A stretch of DNA of 26,321 bases from Octopus sinensis. Lineage: Eukaryota. Made by a program: the position numbers and the translations under genes. Shown here piece after piece: positions 22,152 through 26,321 of this stretch; position 1 is the first letter of the stretch; the number at the start of each line of letters is the position of its first letter. Where the stretch lies: the NCBI RefSeq assembly GCF_006345805.1, contig NW_021836021.1, positions 1-26,321 of the forward strand, in the 5' to 3' direction. Below the pieces are notes generated by a model. That model was not told where the DNA came from and searched no databases. It worked only from the letters and a program-made list of their open reading frames with translations.

Positions 22152-22740
22152 TATAGATAGATAGATAGATAAAGAGAGAGAGTGATAAAAAGAGAGGGTA
22201 CCAAAGGGAGAGGGAGGGAGAGAGAGAGAGACATATAGTAGATCGATAGATATATAGATCGATAGTAGATAGATAGATAGATAGATAGATAGATACCCTG
22301 ATTGTGTGTCAGGAATATGCATGCGCAAATATATACATGCATATATATATGTGTGTGTGTGTGTGTGTGATTGTATAAATATATATGTGTGTGAGTGTAT
22401 AAGTACATTTGTATTGTAGATATATTTGCATATATATACAATACATCCATGCATATATACTATATTATATATATATATATATTATATATAAAACACATAG
22501 ACATACTAATAAATACACACAAAATACACACATATATGTAGAGGTAAAGATATACAAGCATACATGCATATGTATGTATATTGAATTTAATATATATGTG
22601 TGTGTGTGTATGTATGTATACCTACATACATAGATGCATGCATGCTTCGCGTACGTAGATACAAAGTATACATACTCGCATACAATCATACATATATATA
22701 TACAATCATATATATATGCACACATACAGATATATACATC
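22040..22740. repeat. (GATA)n/(AG)n/(AT)n/(GT)n mosaic
   Basis: Directly visible. Confidence 0.9.
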
Positions 22741-22919
22741 AAATCAGCAAACAATTGCTGTTCTCTGAACTAAGTTCTCCTTGTGCCTGTCCACCATGAC
22801 CATCGCCAGAGACTCCATACATATATGTTGACAAAATTGCGCATGTGCAAGTTAATATGCTGAAAGGAATGCCTTACGGCATAACATGATTTTAGTTCAA
22901 CTCCTATGGAGGCTAGCGT

Positions 22920-23060
22920 TGCTTTCCATCCCTCCGGGGGTCAATAAGTAGCTGTACTAACGTTAGGACGGTGCAGTTTCAGAATTATTGGAACTTACGA
23001 TGCGAAGCTTGGCAATATTTCTTCCGGATCTTTGTGTTCTGAGCACAAATTCCAGGGTGG
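22920..23060 (+). mobile_element. Highly degenerate tRNA-SINE fragments
   Basis: CTTTCCATCCCTCCGGGGGTCAATAA and TATTTCTTCCGG..TTCTGAGCACAAATTCC resemble the SINE blocks at 11640-11670 and 12040-12060. Confidence 0.45.
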
Positions 23061-23244
23061 CAGATTTTGTTCGTGGCCGTGTTTAATACAAGAATCTGGC
23101 CCTCCAGGCCACTCAGTTGCATGGATAAGTTTGGAGGGAGGCAGAATTCTGGTTTTTAAAATACCTTCCTCCCACCAACACACCAGCATTCGCGAAGTTC
23201 ATTTAAAGAGTCATTGATGTGGTATTTCCTCGTGTTTTAGCAGT

Positions 23245-23400
23245 AAAAATAGCAGTTAAATCGTCACGAAATTACATTTTTCAGTCTTGAAACAAACTTG
23301 AAACATTGGGTGATATTATCCTCCAAATGTTTGAAAACCGAAGAGATGGCCGCAAATAGAACGCCTATGATCATAGGTCTAGTCGAACAAGGATGTTCGG
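23245..23400 (+). mobile_element. Degenerate SINE-like 3' fragment followed by (GTA)n (23403-23460)
   Basis: Weak similarity to 13430-13630. Confidence 0.3.
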
Positions 23401-23416
23401 TATAGTAGTAGTAGTA

Positions 23417-23460
<44 letters not shown>

Positions 23461-23714
23461 ATGTATATAATAGCGTTGTTATAGCGACGTATACGCATTT
23501 TATGACTTTACGATCTGGTTTCAAATCCTTCCCAAGTCATTTTTGCTTTTCAGGGTCTTGATTCTTCTTTCAACCATCCATCCCTTTCCCCCATTCCTCT
23601 CTCTCTCCCTCTCTCTCTCTCTTACACAAACACACACACATGATTATGTCTTGTAAACTTGTAAATGGGCGCCATATTAACAACGACGTTTATGATAAGG
23701 ATTAATATGATGCA

Positions 23715-23885
23715 CCGGACAAAATTCCCGACGATATTTGTTCCGGCTTTTTTATGATTACAGTTCAAATCCCGCTGAGGACCACTTCTCCTCTTCATCC
23801 CTCCAGAGTCAACGAAATAAAATACCAGTTACTTCCTGGCGATCAATGTAATCGACTGAATCTTTTGCCTTCACAAAATATTTGC
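23715..23885 (+). mobile_element. Degenerate tRNA-SINE
   Basis: GTTCAAATCCCGCTGAGG..CTTCATCCCTCC..AAATAAAATACCAG..GATCAATGTAATCGAC, colinear with 12048-12140. Confidence 0.7.
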
Positions 23886-23979
23886 TGTTCTATTGATGAA
23901 AAATGTAGGAGAGGAAGCAGACGAGAAGACAGAGGGGAGGGTATCATTATAGTGTTGACAGTGATGATGATACAGCTCA

Positions 23980-24033
23980 AACATGTTGTTGTTGTTGTTA
24001 TTGTTGTTGTTGTTATTGTTATTATTATTATCA

Positions 24034-24080
<47 letters not shown>

Positions 24081-24092
24081 GTTATTATTATT
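23980..24092. repeat. (GTT)n/(TTA)n microsatellite
   Basis: Directly visible. Confidence 0.95.
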
Positions 24093-24541
24093 GAGCGGGA
24101 GAGCAATGCATGCCATCAAAGTGACACTGGGGTAAAACATACGAAGCCCAGTATACTCATTATGACTGCCCGTCTGATAACGGTACACCAGGTACATGCA
24201 TCACAACCGAATGTGCGCGACATGGAGATCTCCTATCAAGATAATCAGCGTATGACCTTGCAGGTGGAGCCCAGTTAGAATTTTCTTCAGGTTGAGTAGC
24301 CCATCCGCTCAAACGGTCCCTGAATAAGGGTTGTTTAAGGATGTTGAAAGAACCACCCAGGTTCCAGAGGTGAATTATTCAAACCCCAAAGAATCCCTCT
24401 CAACACATGGCTATGATGCTCCCCCACTACTTCTGCTCGTGATCAGAGATGCACATATCGTTAGCCACTAAGGGACATGCTCAACTGGTTAAGGTCAAAC
24501 AAATGACAAGCAAATCTGTGGTATTGAGCAGAATATGCTGC
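24093..24541 (-). mobile_element. Same non-coding repeat as 12276-12755, copy 2
   Basis: Colinear with copy 1; (TTA)n on both sides. Confidence 0.8.
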
Positions 24542-24549
24542 TTTAACCC

Positions 24550-24830
24550 TATATCATTATTATTATTATCATTATTATTATTATTATTATATATTATTAT
24601 TATTATTATATTATTATTATTATTATTATTGCAATTGTTATTACAATAAGGATGATGACGATGACAGCAAGTGTAATAATGATGCGCTGACGACGGTGGG
24701 AATGAATTCGATGCTTGCGTGGATGGTTGCAACGATTGCGACGCCATGATGATGATGACGATGGCGATGGTGATGTGATGGAAACGACAATGGTAATAGG
24801 ATGACGAGGAGGACGTTGACAGATATGACG
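24550..24830. repeat. (TTA)n and (GAT/GAC)n trinucleotide low complexity
   Basis: Directly visible. Confidence 0.88.
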
Positions 24831-25106
24831 AAGCTGTGTGTTAAGCATTTCACATAGAAAGAAATTAAATGGCGATCTGATCTACTTCACTAAACTTTAA
24901 CTTAATGAAACAACTCGAGAAATATTCCATCAACAAACACACCTACGGCAAAGTTAAGACAGAAGATTGGATATCCCATGATTCATCATTTCTGCATTTA
25001 TTTAGATAAAAATGCAATAAATATATAAATAAATAACGTTGCTTTGTAAATTGTCACAATGTAGCGCGAAATCCGACACTCGATTGATGGTTGTGTGGAT
25101 TCCTGT

Positions 25107-25197
25107 TCTTACCTGCAGGGAGAAATCAGTGAGAATTTCGAAATAATAACAAGAGGTACTTTCAAAAACAAAGATGGTTGAGAGAGATAGATGTTAG
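25107..25197 (-). other. Splice-signal cluster: 46-nt mini-exon candidate (25113-25158) ending in a 3'ss/5'ss junction CTGCAG|GTAAGA
   Basis: Minus strand ACTAAC..pyrimidines..AAG | TACCTC...TTCTCACTGATTTCTCCCTGCAG | GTAAGAAC. Confidence 0.4.
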
Positions 25198-25479
25198 TTA
25201 AAATATATTCACAACGTCGCTCATAGAAACACACGAAAAGCATACTTTTGTTGCAAATAAATAGAAATTAAAGTTATTTTAGTTTTCTATTTCACAATTT
25301 GAAAAACAATAACAAATGTTTTGCAGGTATTCGTTTGTTGCCTTTTATTTTTTTTTAGATTTTATTTATTTAATTTTTTTGGGTTTTGTTCAGAGTTTAC
25401 GTTGTGGTTTTTCCTTTACAGTTTTTTTATTTGTTATTTTTCCGCATTTTCTGTTTAGGTTCATTATCGCTGACACACT

Positions 25480-25973
25480 CTCACACAAACATACACATAC
25501 ACACTCACGTATATATATGCATATGTATACATGCATACATATGTGTGTGTATATATATATATATATAAATACAAATGAGCGCGTGTTGTGTTGTGTTTGT
25601 ATGTATTTATATATATATCTAACATGTAAGTGTATATATATATATATATATATATATATCTGTATATATATATTGATATATATATATATATCATATAATG
25701 TGTATATATATTTATATATGTATGTTTATATATGTATATGTATGTATATATATTTATATGAATTTGTATGTATATATATGTATATGTATGAATATATATG
25801 CATATGGGTTGTAATATACATGCATATATGTATATATACATATATAAACATGTATATTTACATATATATGCACATACATACGTAGGTATAAAATATTCCC
25901 ACTAACAAATGTATATGTATACACAGACATGAGCATATATATGAGTGTATGTATTTGTGTGTGTGTGAGTGTG

Positions 25974-26005
<32 letters not shown>

Positions 26006-26170
26006 GTGTGTGTGTGTGTGTGCGTGTGTGTGCGTGCGTGAGCGTTCGTGTGTGTATGTATACATTCATGAAGCTATACATTCCAACAATTGAATATATT
26101 TCATGAAAACAAATATAAAGTATAAATTTTATTGCAAAGTAGACGAGATGGTTGATATATATACACATGT
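25480..26170. repeat. (AT)n/(GT)n mosaic
   Basis: Directly visible. Confidence 0.92.
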
Positions 26171-26321
26171 GTGTAATTTTGAATGTATTATCTATGTATG
26201 CATATAATTCCTTAACAAAATAAGCATTAAAATGTGTCGTCTAAGTTACAGCAGAATTTATGTCATTTATATATTTTTTGTAAAATATATTTAATTGCTA
26301 AAGTGAGCAGAAACTGAATTA

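Overview
AT-rich, microsatellite-dense eukaryotic DNA with no complete protein-coding gene. The repeat content (tRNA-derived SINEs, CORE-like SINE, Penelope-, Tx1- and R4/Dong-like retroelements) looks like Octopus/cephalopod intronic or intergenic sequence; this is recognition of repeat types, not a database result. Almost every ORF in the supplied track is a translation of simple repeats. The real protein-like signals are all decayed transposon ORFs: a 5'-truncated Penelope-like element (RT YRDD + GIY-YIG, + strand, 2092-4752), two Tx1/L1-clade 3' fragments (- strand), two restriction-like-endonuclease LINE 3' ends (- strand) and an internally deleted mariner. Highlights: (1) a complete minimal type I hammerhead ribozyme at 4614-4660 in the Penelope 3' repeat; (2) a fold-back inverted duplication capping a Tx1 5' truncation; (3) a ~380 bp block, apparently copied from 1.16 kb downstream, that splits a SINE; (4) each retroelement family sits in its own microsatellite type; (5) minus-strand splice signals (a 51-nt exon candidate with RBFOX/Nova-type motifs and an AG|GTAAG recursive-splice-like site) suggesting a long intron of an unidentified minus-strand gene; (6) candidate regulatory islands (three co-oriented YY1-like motifs; an inverted octamer pair).
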